32,000 bases of DNA from Trichodesmium erythraeum IMS101 (GCF_000014265.1 NC_008312.1:4290001-4322000), one strand, 5' to 3'; shown: positions 17,061 through 27,432, numbered from the stretch's first letter. The notes: generated by a model from the sequence alone, not told the origin. A program made the numbers and translations.

Positions 17061-20000
17061 CTAATTTCTAATTTGGAAATTATCCTCAGTAATATTGGGA
17101 GCACCATCAAGGATAGCAAACTGAGTAGACTCACCATCTACATTGTAGAATAGACCTCCAGACTTTTCACTATAAACAATGAAAGCATCAGAGTCATCTA
17201 CACTATTATCAGTGTTAACGGTTTCAAAATCATTATTAACACTAAAACCAATTCCAGCAGTACTATTAAGCTCAGTAAAGCTTGACTTATCAAGAAGAAT
17301 TAAGTCGCCTTGGTTTCCATCTTCATTTGTCCTGAGGTCTAGTTGGAAATTATTGATAGTATCAATACCAAAATTATCAGACTCAAATTCTTCATTACTA
17401 TTGAAGATAAAGCGGTCAATACTTGCACCACCAGTCAAAGTATCATCACCAGGACCGCCATTGATGCGATCACGCCCTTGACCACCATTTAACTGATCAT
17501 CACCATCACCACCCAAGAGGTGATCGTTGCCTTGACGACCTTGAAGTTCATCATTACCATCCTGACCCAACAATAAGTCATTGCCACGACTACCAATTAT
17601 TTGATCATTACCAATACGACCTGCTAAGGTATCCGCGCCATTCAAACCGATAATAGTATCGTCTCCAACACCACCAATGAGACGCTCTGTTTTAGGAGTA
17701 CCTTTAATTAGCAAACCCTTATCAACAAGGAGAGGTTGTTCTAGCTCTATCTGAATTATTTCGGTATTATCAATATCATCTCCTCGGCTTTTGGAGAAAG
17801 GATAGTTGTTGTCGTTGGCAACCAGAATAGTGTTTTCATCAATAACTAACATATTCTCAATGCTGGAAAAAGGGAAGTTAAAGCTAGTATCTCCATCACC
17901 ATTAAGGTCATTAGGATCCTCAATATCTAATAAGTCTACAATTTCCTCTTTTTCAACAAAACCCTGATCATCAACTTCATAAATGTCAATTTTAAATATT
18001 TTTTTGAACTCAGCTTCATTCCCTTGACGATCATCCAGTTCAATAACTAAAAATTCACTTTCATTAATAGGAGTAAAGTCACCGATAGTATGACCAGTAA
18101 CATCAGTAGGATAGAAACCAACTAGCTCCTCCTCAAAAGAGCTAGAAACAGAGTCGAACTCGTAAATTCGTAAAGCATTATCTGGATCGCCTTCAACTGT
18201 ACCCCCTAATAAAGGATAGAAAGTTTGGCGATCGCGACTGAATGCCATACCTTTATAACCGCTGGAAGTAGCCAAATTAGGGTCGTTTTGTTCTAGAACT
18301 TTACGACCTGTCCCAGGGAAGTCAGTAAAGAAACCATCTACACCTATATCTATTAGTTGTTGAAATTCCTCCTCCGCAGTTTGAGGTGTTCCTGTGCCAA
18401 AAGCTTCTAGATCAGACTTGAGGGTAAGGTAACGCTCTTCATCCCGTAAAGTGTAGGGATGAACCTGTAAACCTGCATCGTGAGCATCTTCGATAAAGGA
18501 AGTAATTTCTCCTGTTAACTGGGTACTTATTTCAGCTACACCATCTCCGTTACCATCGACTCGAGTATCAAGGGACTCACGCAACAGAATGTTATTCTTC
18601 CAAGTTCCAACACCTTCTGCATATATACCACTAATAACTTTCAGAAATTCTTCACTGTCAAGGTCTGCATAAACTGTATTTTCTGAGAGAGAAACTTCTA
18701 CTGCATTTAGGAATGCTTGACCATAGATAGCTGCTAAGTCGTTATCTTGAGCAACATTAAACCTAATGTCGAAGGGGGAAGAAAAGGTACTGTTTGGATC
18801 TGCTCCTTCTGTAGTATTTCCATACAGTTGAACTAAAGGAATATCACCGAGACTTTGAGCATTCAACTGTTTTTGTAAGTCAATTAAGTTAGCAAACTCA
18901 AACGACTGGATGAAAATACGATCTGGGTCAGTGAAACTTGTATTTTGTAGGGTTTGAATTAGAGGTTCTTCTAAGGATAAACCTTGTTGGTCAAAGAACG
19001 TAGGATGTTTAGTTTCCGGATAGATACCGACCTCAAACCCAGATTCTTCCATTTTTTGTACCAACTCGATAACTTCTTGGAAGGTGGGAATTTCAAATTG
19101 ACCGTTAAAAGATTGATCACGGAAATCTCGAGGTTGAACAGCGCGTAATTGTTTGATTTCTTCAAGGGTGAAATCTTCAGCAAAATAGCCAGTAGTTTCT
19201 ACTCCATCAAGAAACTTAGTGCTTTGACGTTCTGAAGCGAATACTTCAGCAACATTTGTAGTATCGTCTAACAGTGGCTCGTGTCGGGCAATAAGCACAC
19301 CATCGGCAGTAATTACCAGGTCTGGTTCAATAAAATCTGCACCTTTTTCGATCGCTAGTCTATAAGCTTCTAGAGTATGTTCGGGACGAGAACCACTTGC
19401 ACCCCGGTGTCCAATGACTAAAGGCGCTTCCCCACTCAGAGAGTTAAAGGAAATTTCTGGGTTTTGGGGAGAGCGAACTTCATCATTAGAGTCGTTTTGT
19501 TCTAGAACTTTACGACCTGTCCCAGGGAAGTCAGTAAAGAAACCATCTACACCTATATCTATTAGTTGTTGAAATTCCTCCTCCGCAGTTTGAGGTGTTC
19601 CTGTGCCAAAAGCTTCTAGATCAGGCTTGAGGGTAAGGTAACGCTCTTCATCCCGTAAAGTGTAGGGATGAACCTGTAAACCTGCATCGTGAGCATCTTC
19701 GATAAAGGAAGTAATTTCTCCTGTTAACTGGGTACTTATTTCGGCTACACCATCTCCGTTACCATCGACTCGAGTATCAAGGGACTCACGCAACAGAATG
19801 TTATTCTTCCAAGTTCCAACACCTTCTGCATATAGACCACTAATAACTTCCAGAAATTCTTCACTGTCAAGGTCTGCATAAACTGTATTTTCTGAGAGAG
19901 AAACTTCTACTGCATTTAGGAATTCTTGACCATAGATAGCTGCTAAGTCATTATCTTGAGCAACATTAAACCTAATGTCGAAGGGGGAAGAAAAGGTACT

Positions 20001-21179
20001 GTTTGGATCTGCTCCTTCAGTAGTATTTCCATACAGTTGAACTAAAGGAATATCACCGAGACTTTGAGCATTCAACTGTTTTTGTAAGTCAATTAAGTTA
20101 GCAAACTCAAACGACTGGATGAAAATACGATCTGGGTCAGTGAAACTTGTATTTTGTAGGGTTTGAATTAGAGGTTCTTCTAAGGATAAACCTTGTTGGT
20201 CAAAGAACGTAGGATGTTTAGTTTCCGGATAGATACCGACCTCAAACCCAGATTCTTCCATTTTTTGTACCAACTCGATAACTTCTTGGAAGGTGGGAAT
20301 TTCAAATTGACCGTTAAAAGATTGATCACGGAAATCTCGAGGTTGAACAGCGCGTAATTGTTTGATTTCTTCAAGGGTGAAATCTTCAGCAAAATAGCCA
20401 GTAGTTTCTACTCCATCAAGAAACTTAGTGCTTTGACGTTCTGGAGCGAATACTTCAGCAACATTTGTAGTATCGTCTAACAGTGGTTCGTGTCGGGCAA
20501 TAAGCACACCATCGGCAGTAATTACCAGGTCTGGTTCAATAAAATCTGCACCTTTTTCGATCGCTAGTCTATAAGCTTCTAGAGTATGTTCGGGACGAGA
20601 ACCACTTGCACCCCGGTGTCCAATGACTAAAGGCGCTTCCCCACTCAGAGAGTTAAAAGAAATTTCTATGTTGGGTGTGGCAATGGGAGCCTCAAGCAAA
20701 GTTCCCGTGCTATCGAAGTGTAAAATATAAGGTCCAAATTCGTCTCCGACCCAAATATCTCCATTATTATCTATAACAAAAGACTCTGTATCAAAGTCAG
20801 CTCCAGTTAAGAAGCGATCGCTTGTATCTTCATTGAAAATATCAAAGGGTATAAGATTATTAGGATCTGCTAGTTGAATAAAATCTTGAACCTCAACCTT
20901 AGTATCGCCATTTTCTGCTCCAGCAAAGTTCGGGTTAACTTTATATAGTCTGAGCAAATAATCAGCACTATTTCCTTGAGAGCCAAAACCATTATCAGAT
21001 AGAAACCAATAAGTACTGCCATCTTCGCTACCGGGAGCAAACTCAACACCACTAAACCCTTGGACTGGTTGACTATCAAATGGTACATCTCGATTATTTG
21101 TTTCAATAAATTTTCCTGATGGGGGACCTTCTGCAAATGTATCCGCTGATAATACGGTAAAACTTTTTAATCGTGCCAT
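17061..21179 (-). CDS. Large secreted-type phosphodiesterase: phytase-like (esterase-like activity of phytase) domain split by two tandem glycerophosphodiester phosphodiesterase (GDPD) domains, plus C-terminal RTX Ca-binding repeats
   Basis: GDPD signature VIGHRGASGSRPEHTLEAYRLAIEKGADFIEPDLVITADGVLIARHE occurs twice. About ten GGxGxDxUx nonapeptides (GGVGDDTII ... GGPGDDTLT). N-terminal and post-GDPD segments are phytase-like (FSGVEFAPGSEDGSTYWFLSDNGFG). No N-terminal signal peptide. The track start at 21209 is a TTG; I prefer the ATG at 21179 (MARLKSF). Confidence 0.9.
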   Translation of the reverse strand: MARLKSFTVLSADTFAEGPPSGKFIETNNRDVPFDSQPVQGFSGVEFAPGSEDGSTYWFLSDNGFGSQGNSADYLLRLYKVNPNFAGAENGDTKVEVQDFIQLADPNNLIPFDIFNEDTSDRFLTGADFDTESFVIDNNGDIWVGDEFGPYILHFDSTGTLLEAPIATPNIEISFNSLSGEAPLVIGHRGASGSRPEHTLEAYRLAIEKGADFIEPDLVITADGVLIARHEPLLDDTTNVAEVFAPERQSTKFLDGVETTGYFAEDFTLEEIKQLRAVQPRDFRDQSFNGQFEIPTFQEVIELVQKMEESGFEVGIYPETKHPTFFDQQGLSLEEPLIQTLQNTSFTDPDRIFIQSFEFANLIDLQKQLNAQSLGDIPLVQLYGNTTEGADPNSTFSSPFDIRFNVAQDNDLAAIYGQEFLNAVEVSLSENTVYADLDSEEFLEVISGLYAEGVGTWKNNILLRESLDTRVDGNGDGVAEISTQLTGEITSFIEDAHDAGLQVHPYTLRDEERYLTLKPDLEAFGTGTPQTAEEEFQQLIDIGVDGFFTDFPGTGRKVLEQNDSNDEVRSPQNPEISFNSLSGEAPLVIGHRGASGSRPEHTLEAYRLAIEKGADFIEPDLVITADGVLIARHEPLLDDTTNVAEVFASERQSTKFLDGVETTGYFAEDFTLEEIKQLRAVQPRDFRDQSFNGQFEIPTFQEVIELVQKMEESGFEVGIYPETKHPTFFDQQGLSLEEPLIQTLQNTSFTDPDRIFIQSFEFANLIDLQKQLNAQSLGDIPLVQLYGNTTEGADPNSTFSSPFDIRFNVAQDNDLAAIYGQAFLNAVEVSLSENTVYADLDSEEFLKVISGIYAEGVGTWKNNILLRESLDTRVDGNGDGVAEISTQLTGEITSFIEDAHDAGLQVHPYTLRDEERYLTLKSDLEAFGTGTPQTAEEEFQQLIDIGVDGFFTDFPGTGRKVLEQNDPNLATSSGYKGMAFSRDRQTFYPLLGGTVEGDPDNALRIYEFDSVSSSFEEELVGFYPTDVTGHTIGDFTPINESEFLVIELDDRQGNEAEFKKIFKIDIYEVDDQGFVEKEEIVDLLDIEDPNDLNGDGDTSFNFPFSSIENMLVIDENTILVANDNNYPFSKSRGDDIDNTEIIQIELEQPLLVDKGLLIKGTPKTERLIGGVGDDTIIGLNGADTLAGRIGNDQIIGSRGNDLLLGQDGNDELQGRQGNDHLLGGDGDDQLNGGQGRDRINGGPGDDTLTGGASIDRFIFNSNEEFESDNFGIDTINNFQLDLRTNEDGNQGDLILLDKSSFTELNSTAGIGFSVNNDFETVNTDNSVDDSDAFIVYSEKSGGLFYNVDGESTQFAILDGAPNITEDNFQIRN
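18282..20667. repeat. In-frame tandem duplication, period 1209 bp (403 codons), two ~1177-bp near-identical copies
   Basis: 18282-19458 matches 19491-20667 with no indels and about ten substitutions by eye. The two protein copies differ at 5 residues (P/S, E/A, E/K, L/I, P/S). The identical spurious ORFs at 18971-19183 and 20180-20392 are offset by exactly 1209 bp. Confidence 0.95.
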
Positions 21180-23519
21180 TTGATTTTTTTTTACCTTGTA
21201 AATTGACAACTTGTTAAGAATTATTTTGTCTTACATTAGATCAGTTTTAAGTAAATGTCAATATTTAGTTTATGTGCAATAAATCCTCAAAATAGTTAAT
21301 ATTAAAGATTATGATTTTTGTTACATAATCTAGGAAAATTGCTTAGAAAATTTGTCGCTCCCAGGGAAGACAAAGGTTAGAGCTAGGAGGGTGATAAAAG
21401 GGTTAAAAAGCCTTCATTCTTAATGATTGACCAAAACATGGTAAAAAAAGATGAGCTTAGATATTGTTAACAAGGCTGATTTAATAAGAATGAATAAATG
21501 ACCCTAATAGTACCGTAAACACATAGGAAATTAACTAACCAAAAATATCTCTGTCATGTTAAAATAATAATTTTTCTAATTCAATACCATAAGTGGGTAA
21601 GGTTAGAAACCTTAGCTAATCAAATACCAAAATATATTAAATTTCAGAGTTGTTGTCGGAGTTTGCAAAGGTTTTTATCGAATGTGAATATTAAATTTGA
21701 AACTTTGTGTTAACATTAGATTAAAGATTGAGTTAATCATAGTTTTCAAGAAAGATAAATTTTGTATTTAGTGATAGATAGGACGGGGTAGGATGTGGTA
21801 AATTTGTTAGTTTTTAGTCTAGTCTATCGGCGTCGCAGCATACCAATTTACATCACTAATTTAGAAAAAAAGGTAACAGTAACTTTTCCGAGCCAGAAAA
21901 GGTATTATCTATGGTATTAAATTTATTCTCAAATTCTCAAAAAGTAATGTTAGGAGAGAGATAATTTTGTAGAATGGAACTAGCTAAGTGATTAAAAGAT
22001 CAAGAAAAGACGTATTTATATGTGAGATTGAAAAAAAGTCTGTAAATAGTAAAGAGAAAAAGAACTGTGGATAGCTCTGAAATAATTAGGAAGAAAACCA
22101 AGTATATCTATGTATTTACAAGGAGTCAAAGTAACTAAATCCATAAGTTTTGGGCTCGTAAATTTTGTGAGTGAATAGAAAAGAAAATATCGCGGTATAA
22201 AAGCAGAATAAGCGTAGTTTATTCTCACGAATTTTTCGGATTTATAAAGGACAATAAATGCTTAATAAAAAATGAATAGGCATTGAATAAATGTTCTGAT
22301 ATTTTAAAAGTTGGGGCTATAATCTCGAAGGAACTTAAGTCAAAGAAAAACGATTATTGAATATTATTGATAACTTTAGCTGACTCTCAATCCTTAATTG
22401 TAGGAAAAATAATTTGTGAAAAAGGAGTAGCAAACTATGTAAATTGTCCTACATAAAAAAGGAGAAAATATCAACGACATAGCCATTTTTAGACAGGAAA
22501 TAGAGGTCAAACTTAGTTTAATTCTTTGGAAATTTTCCAGAAGAAGCTGATAAATTAATAGCTATTTTCCCTCACAAACGGCTTAATTATTAGAAATTTA
22601 GAAAACCTGCAAGCTTTGTTAGTTAAGCTTTTTATTCTTATCTGTCACCTCTCCAGAAGTTAGAGTAAATATTGATAAAAAGGGAAAATAATAAAAATAG
22701 CTCTCTAACATAAATGACAATAGCTATTTTTAAATATCTCGGCTTGAGATCTACTTCACGATAGTGTATTCTTTTTTTTAGAGGTAGTATACATCCTTAT
22801 GAAATATAGAAAATTAGACGCTTCAATAATTAATAATTAATAATTTAGTTCTACTGAAAACAAGAGAATTGACTAAAAATTTTCTTTCTTTTTTTTATGA
22901 TAATTTTTATTTATTAAAAAATGTAATTATAACATTAAATTATTAAACAAACAAGTCTTAAATATAACAATATTATTTCAAATATTTATTTTTTTTATTG
23001 AAACAAGTTATGGTATAGGCTAGATAAAAAAACTAAATAGGTTGCTATAAGTTCACTAATTGCTAAAATACAATTAAATCACCGTGAATAATGACAATAT
23101 AGACTTGTACACAATCTATCTACTTTTTAGTGCTATTAGTGCTAGTAGTTAGTATTAGTTGATTAGTCAAGTAAAGTTACCAAAAAAAGCAATTGTATTT
23201 TGTTACAGCTATCCCTTTTAATAGTAGCCAACTTTGTTTGATCAATGTGAAAAAAACTATAAATCCTCAGATAAATTTACTAGGGATAGTTTGCCATATT
23301 TGAGGAATTTAAGAATTACTAATAAACTAGACAATGGTAAGTGCTGGGAATAACTATTGCGAGCTTTGGCTTACATCTATCTCAAGGTTAGAAATTTTCT
23401 CAAAAAAACTATAAATGCTGCCAGCCAATTCCTATAATAATTTCAGCCTTTAACGCCAATAGTTTTTTAGGATAACTTTTTACTCCCCAGTAATAAACTA
23501 TCAAAAAATAAATGTAAAT

Positions 23520-24593
23520 ATGATCAGTTTATACAATATAAAAAAAATGATAAATATACGAAAAAAACTTCAATGCCAATCTTGGCAAGAAAACATTTAC
23601 TATATTTTTGAATATTCCAATCCCAAAAACTTTTTAAGCTTACTAGATGATTTGATAATTACTATCTTAACAAGCATTAGTGTGATTGCATTTATTTTAG
23701 ATACATCTCCCAAATTTTCACAGCATTATCCTGAACAGTTAAAATTAATCGAAATACTTGTAACTATATTTTTTACTATAGAATATTTGATCAGAATATG
23801 GATATGTACAGTTAATCCTAAATACAATCATCCAATTTATGGCAGATTAAGATATGTAATTACACCCTTGGCACTAATAGATATTGTAGCCATTTTACCA
23901 TTTTATTTACAAGTATTATTTCCAAGTTTAGAGTTTATAAAATTTACTCTTCTACTACGTTTATTTCGTCTATTTAAAATTAGTAGATATTCAGAATCAT
24001 TACGAACTATTTTTAAGGTTATAGCTGCCAAAAAAGAAGAACTAATAGCTACATTACTGGTAGTAATTTTTGTCTTAGTTTTTGTCTCAAGTCTCATGTT
24101 TTTAGTAGAAAGTGAAGTACAACCCAATAAATTTTCTAGTATTTTAGAGACTATGTGGTGGGGAGTAGTAACTTTAACAACTGTGGGTTATGGAGATGTT
24201 TATCCTGTAACTCATTTAGGTAAATTATTGAGTGCTACTGTAGCTTTTTTAGGTATTGGAATTTTTGCTTTACCAGCAGGTATAATTGCATCTGGTTTTG
24301 CCGAAGAAGTTCAAAAAAGACGAGTGAAAAAAATAGTTCATCCAGTCGGAAAAGATATTAAGGTTACTTCGGAAACTGTAGTGGGACCACACCCAGATTT
24401 GAGACATCATAATCATACAAAACAAGAAAAAGAAAAAGCGATCGCTCACTATATTGACGAATCATCAGAAATTATGAAACTTTGCATAGAAACAGCAAAT
24501 AAAAAGTACGGAAATTATTTTAAAAACGAGGAAATTATTAAAGATTTAGCCATACTTCTTTATTACGAAACAACCCATAAATTTCACCATTAA
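23520..24593 (+). CDS. Voltage-gated-type (6TM, Kv-like) potassium channel
   Basis: Selectivity filter TTVGYGD. S4-like LLLRLFRLFKISRY with a basic residue at every third position. Several hydrophobic helices. The ~85-aa C-terminal tail has no motif I recognise. Confidence 0.85.
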   Translation: MISLYNIKKMINIRKKLQCQSWQENIYYIFEYSNPKNFLSLLDDLIITILTSISVIAFILDTSPKFSQHYPEQLKLIEILVTIFFTIEYLIRIWICTVNPKYNHPIYGRLRYVITPLALIDIVAILPFYLQVLFPSLEFIKFTLLLRLFRLFKISRYSESLRTIFKVIAAKKEELIATLLVVIFVLVFVSSLMFLVESEVQPNKFSSILETMWWGVVTLTTVGYGDVYPVTHLGKLLSATVAFLGIGIFALPAGIIASGFAEEVQKRRVKKIVHPVGKDIKVTSETVVGPHPDLRHHNHTKQEKEKAIAHYIDESSEIMKLCIETANKKYGNYFKNEEIIKDLAILLYYETTHKFHH

Positions 24594-24628
24594 TTATCAT
24601 AGTGCTGGGGGCTACTCTAAAATTAATC

Positions 24629-24650
24629 TCCCCTAGCCTCTAAGAGGGGA
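24629..24650. terminator. Candidate hairpin between the convergent K+ channel and cbiO genes
   Basis: tcccct (24629-24634) pairs with agggga (24645-24650) across a 10-nt loop. The flanks are A/T-rich but have no clean T-run. Confidence 0.3.
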
Positions 24651-24811
24651 AATTAAAATTTCAAAAAATTTCCCTCGTAAATTTTCGGCACCAAAATACT
24701 ATGCCAATAAGATTTACCAATGTCAAAAACCTAAATTTGTAGTGCCATAACTCATTTAATTCTCAAGCTAGATAAAATTAAATTATTAATCTTTTTTTCT
24801 TACTTCTTACT

Positions 24812-25546
24812 TTAATAATTAAAAGGTAAATCATAGGATTCAAGAATTGAAGTATCTCGGAGAATATTTTCCGTAGAAGTATCTACTTGAATTTGACCAT
24901 ACTGTAAAATTAAAGCACGTTCAGTTACCTTGCTAACCCAGTTTAAATCATGAGAAGCAATTAAAATAATTTGCATTGGTAATTGTAAAATAATTTCAGC
25001 TAAGTTGCGACGCCATAAAGGGTCAAGGCCATTAGTTGGTTCATCTAATATTAAAATTTCTGGCTTTAATGCTAAAACTGCTGCTAAAGCTGCCAATCTT
25101 TTTTGACCTCCTGAAAGTTCATAAACAGAACGATGTGCATATTTTTCTAAACCAAATTTTACTAACAAATTTTGAGCAACTTCTTTAGCAGTTTCTAGGG
25201 GTAAACCATAGTTAAGCGGACCAAAAGTTATATCCTCTAAAATAGTAGGCATAAATAATTGGTCATCAGGATTTTGGAAACAAAAACCTATTTGACTATG
25301 CACTTGAGATAAAGTTTTTTGTTCTAGGAGAATTCCTTGAATCCAAATTTCACCAGATAAAGCTTTTTTCAATCCTACTAAAGTTTCCATAAAAGTGCTT
25401 TTACCTGTACCCGTAGAACCTAATAAAGCAACTCTTTCCCCTGGTTTAATTGTCAATGAAAGATTGTGTAAAATAGGATCATTTTGAGAATATTGAAATA
25501 ATAGGTTTTTAACATAGACTCCAGCTTGTGATTTATCCTCTTGCAT
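24812..25546 (-). CDS. cbiO: ECF transporter ATPase (CbiO/NikO-type)
   Basis: Walker A GSTGTGKST, signature LSGGQKRLAALA, Walker B ILILDEPTNGLD. Same strand as the cbiQ/cbiM-like genes. Confidence 0.9.
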   Translation of the reverse strand: MQEDKSQAGVYVKNLLFQYSQNDPILHNLSLTIKPGERVALLGSTGTGKSTFMETLVGLKKALSGEIWIQGILLEQKTLSQVHSQIGFCFQNPDDQLFMPTILEDITFGPLNYGLPLETAKEVAQNLLVKFGLEKYAHRSVYELSGGQKRLAALAAVLALKPEILILDEPTNGLDPLWRRNLAEIILQLPMQIILIASHDLNWVSKVTERALILQYGQIQVDTSTENILRDTSILESYDLPFNY

Positions 25547-25772
25547 TTGATAAATAACTAATTATTAACATAGGAATAAGAATTTTATTAACTACTGAGC
25601 AATATTAAGTAGTAAGTTGAGTAAATATTATAACTATTTTCACTTTAATCAGGTACAGTATTTCCATGTAGCACCTTATGTAAACAGCTTTTTTTTGAAG
25701 TTCTTAAACACATTTACTATGAGTAACTTAGGTAAAGTAGATTTTCAATCAGGATTGAATAATTTTCAAAGT

Positions 25773-26579
25773 CTAGCCCAAAAACATTTCTATAACGATC
25801 AAACTAACAGCAACTATCAGAGATATAAATAAATATATTACATCAGAGCCAAATTGAAAACCATTTTTGGAAGTAGAGTATTGGGGATGACTTTTATTAT
25901 TGGATAGATTGCCATAACCACGTAATAACATTGCTTTATAAACTCGCTCTGCTTGTTGATAGCTTCTTACTATAATACTACTCGTAAGAGCAGCATAAAC
26001 TGATAAATTTCTCCAACTAATTTTGCTCTTTTTAAAACCCCGTAATTTAGTGGCATTCAGCATCATTTTTAGTTGATTGGATAGTTCAAAAAGATAACGA
26101 TAAGATAACATCAACATATCCGTAATAATGGGAGAAATTCCTAAGTTGCTCATCCCTTTTAAAGTTGTTAAAAATGAACTTGTACCGAATAAAACTAAAC
26201 AAGTGGTCATAATAGCAAAAAAACGACTAACAATTAATATAACTGCCAGACATCCTTCTTGGCGAATTGTCAGAAATCCCAATTGCCAAACAATAGTTTG
26301 ACCAGATAGAAAAGGTAATAAAAAGATTACTCCTAACAAAAAAAATCCTGGATAACGTAACCGATTAGCTAAAAATGATAGAGGTAGTTTTGAGATTCCA
26401 TAAAGAATAATGCTTAGGAACAACATTAATGGAATTAGATACCAACTATTAACTGTAGCGAATGCAAACATTAATGAGATTAAACCAATAAGTTTATATC
26501 TTACGTCCCATCTATGTATTGGGGAGTTTAAATTAGCGTATTCATCTAGGGCAAATTTCATTACTGTATCAGTCCTCAT
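25773..26579 (-). CDS. cbiQ: ECF transporter transmembrane T component (CbiQ/NikQ-type)
   Basis: 268-aa polytopic membrane protein between the cbiM-like and cbiO-like genes. C-terminal Arg-containing coupling-helix-like segments (ATKLRGF, LLRGYG). Confidence 0.8.
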   Translation of the reverse strand: MRTDTVMKFALDEYANLNSPIHRWDVRYKLIGLISLMFAFATVNSWYLIPLMLFLSIILYGISKLPLSFLANRLRYPGFFLLGVIFLLPFLSGQTIVWQLGFLTIRQEGCLAVILIVSRFFAIMTTCLVLFGTSSFLTTLKGMSNLGISPIITDMLMLSYRYLFELSNQLKMMLNATKLRGFKKSKISWRNLSVYAALTSSIIVRSYQQAERVYKAMLLRGYGNLSNNKSHPQYSTSKNGFQFGSDVIYLFISLIVAVSLIVIEMFLG

Positions 26580-26787
26580 TACCTAATCTAGCTTTAAGTA
26601 TTTCTATTCCGAAATACTCCACAAACAGGTATTAGCTATTAGCTCAAGTCATAACTATTAGTTGTCAAGGATTTCATTTTTTAATTTCCTAACACTTTTT
26701 TTGTATTACTATATATAGCCTTACTAAGAATGAAAAAGATAAAAAAAAGGAAGGAATAAACTCCCTAAATTCTGGCTTTTCACTTAT

Positions 26788-27432
26788 TTAAGAAGGTAAA
26801 AGTTCTGGCATGACTCGATGCATAAAACTGACTATCATAGCAGTTAAAATTCCTTCTATTCCCATCAAAGGAATATGAGAAATCATTAATCCATAAATTG
26901 CTTTCTCCTCTAATGAAGTATTAAATCCAGACGGAATATTTGTAATAATTAAACTAAAAAATATTAAACTAGAAACTCCAATAGCAGTTGCTCCAGCAAT
27001 AAACCCTAAAATTTTTATTGATAAATTTTCATTTATTTTATTCCCTAAAATGTGACGTAATTGAAATATTTGATAAGCCAAAATTGCTGGTATACCCATA
27101 ATTATAGCGTTAATTCCTAAAGTAGTTAAACCACCATGCCCAAACACTATTACTTGCAAAAATAAGCCAATTAATATGGCTGGAAAAGCATAATAACCTA
27201 ACAAAGTTCCTAATAATCCATTTAACACTAAATGAACGCTACCTATTGGCATAGGAATATGAATACTAGAAGCTACAAAAAATGCTGCTGTTAATAAAGA
27301 AGCTTTGGGAATACTAGCTTGAGGATTTGCTAGACGATTAATTTTGCGTAGAGAATACCAGGTAATTAGAGAAGTAAATCCATAACCACTAATACAAAGT
27401 TGAGCTGGCAGAATACCTTCTGAAATATGCAT
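26788..27432 (-). CDS. cbiM: ECF transporter substrate-capture component (CbiM/NikM-type) for Ni2+/Co2+
   Basis: N-terminus MHISEGILP (Met1-His2, as in CbiM/NikM), a His at residue 67 by my count, and 214 aa of multi-TM sequence. Confidence 0.85.
   Translation of the reverse strand: MHISEGILPAQLCISGYGFTSLITWYSLRKINRLANPQASIPKASLLTAAFFVASSIHIPMPIGSVHLVLNGLLGTLLGYYAFPAILIGLFLQVIVFGHGGLTTLGINAIIMGIPAILAYQIFQLRHILGNKINENLSIKILGFIAGATAIGVSSLIFFSLIITNIPSGFNTSLEEKAIYGLMISHIPLMGIEGILTAMIVSFMHRVMPELLPS

Noticed and set aside
18971-20392. Two identical 70-aa minus-frame ORFs (18971-19183 and 20180-20392)
   Set aside because: They are off-frame shadows inside the GDPD gene. Their identity simply reflects the 1209-bp tandem duplication.
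21180-21209. Track start (TTG at 21209) for the GDPD/RTX gene, and track start (28330) for the transposase
   Set aside because: An ATG 10 codons downstream (21179) is more plausible for the GDPD/RTX gene. Position 28330 lies outside the IS630 left end (28365), so the transposase must start at the internal ATG at 28432.
21211-21251. Possible Pho boxes upstream of the GDPD gene. The minus strand reads cttaaaac-tga-tctaatgt-aag-acaaaata-att-cttaacaa, with 11-bp phasing.
   Set aside because: Only two of the units approach the CTTAACCT consensus. The AT-rich background makes such matches likely by chance. The array sits too close to the ATG for a normal promoter geometry. It is worth testing only together with P-starvation expression data.
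22016-22228. 70-aa ORF in the 2.3-kb gap
   Set aside because: It has a non-ATG start context, a Phe/Tyr/Leu-rich composition typical of AT-rich noise, and no RBS.
6994-24127. Other short ORFs nested in or antisense to large genes: 6994-7224, 8489-8692, 9974-10195, 13996-14217, 14700-14909, 17179-17481, 20870-21136, 23903-24127. Also 25617-25832 and 31208-31402.
   Set aside because: All overlap far longer ORFs that carry clear family motifs, and their products have no recognisable features. They are treated as shadow ORFs.
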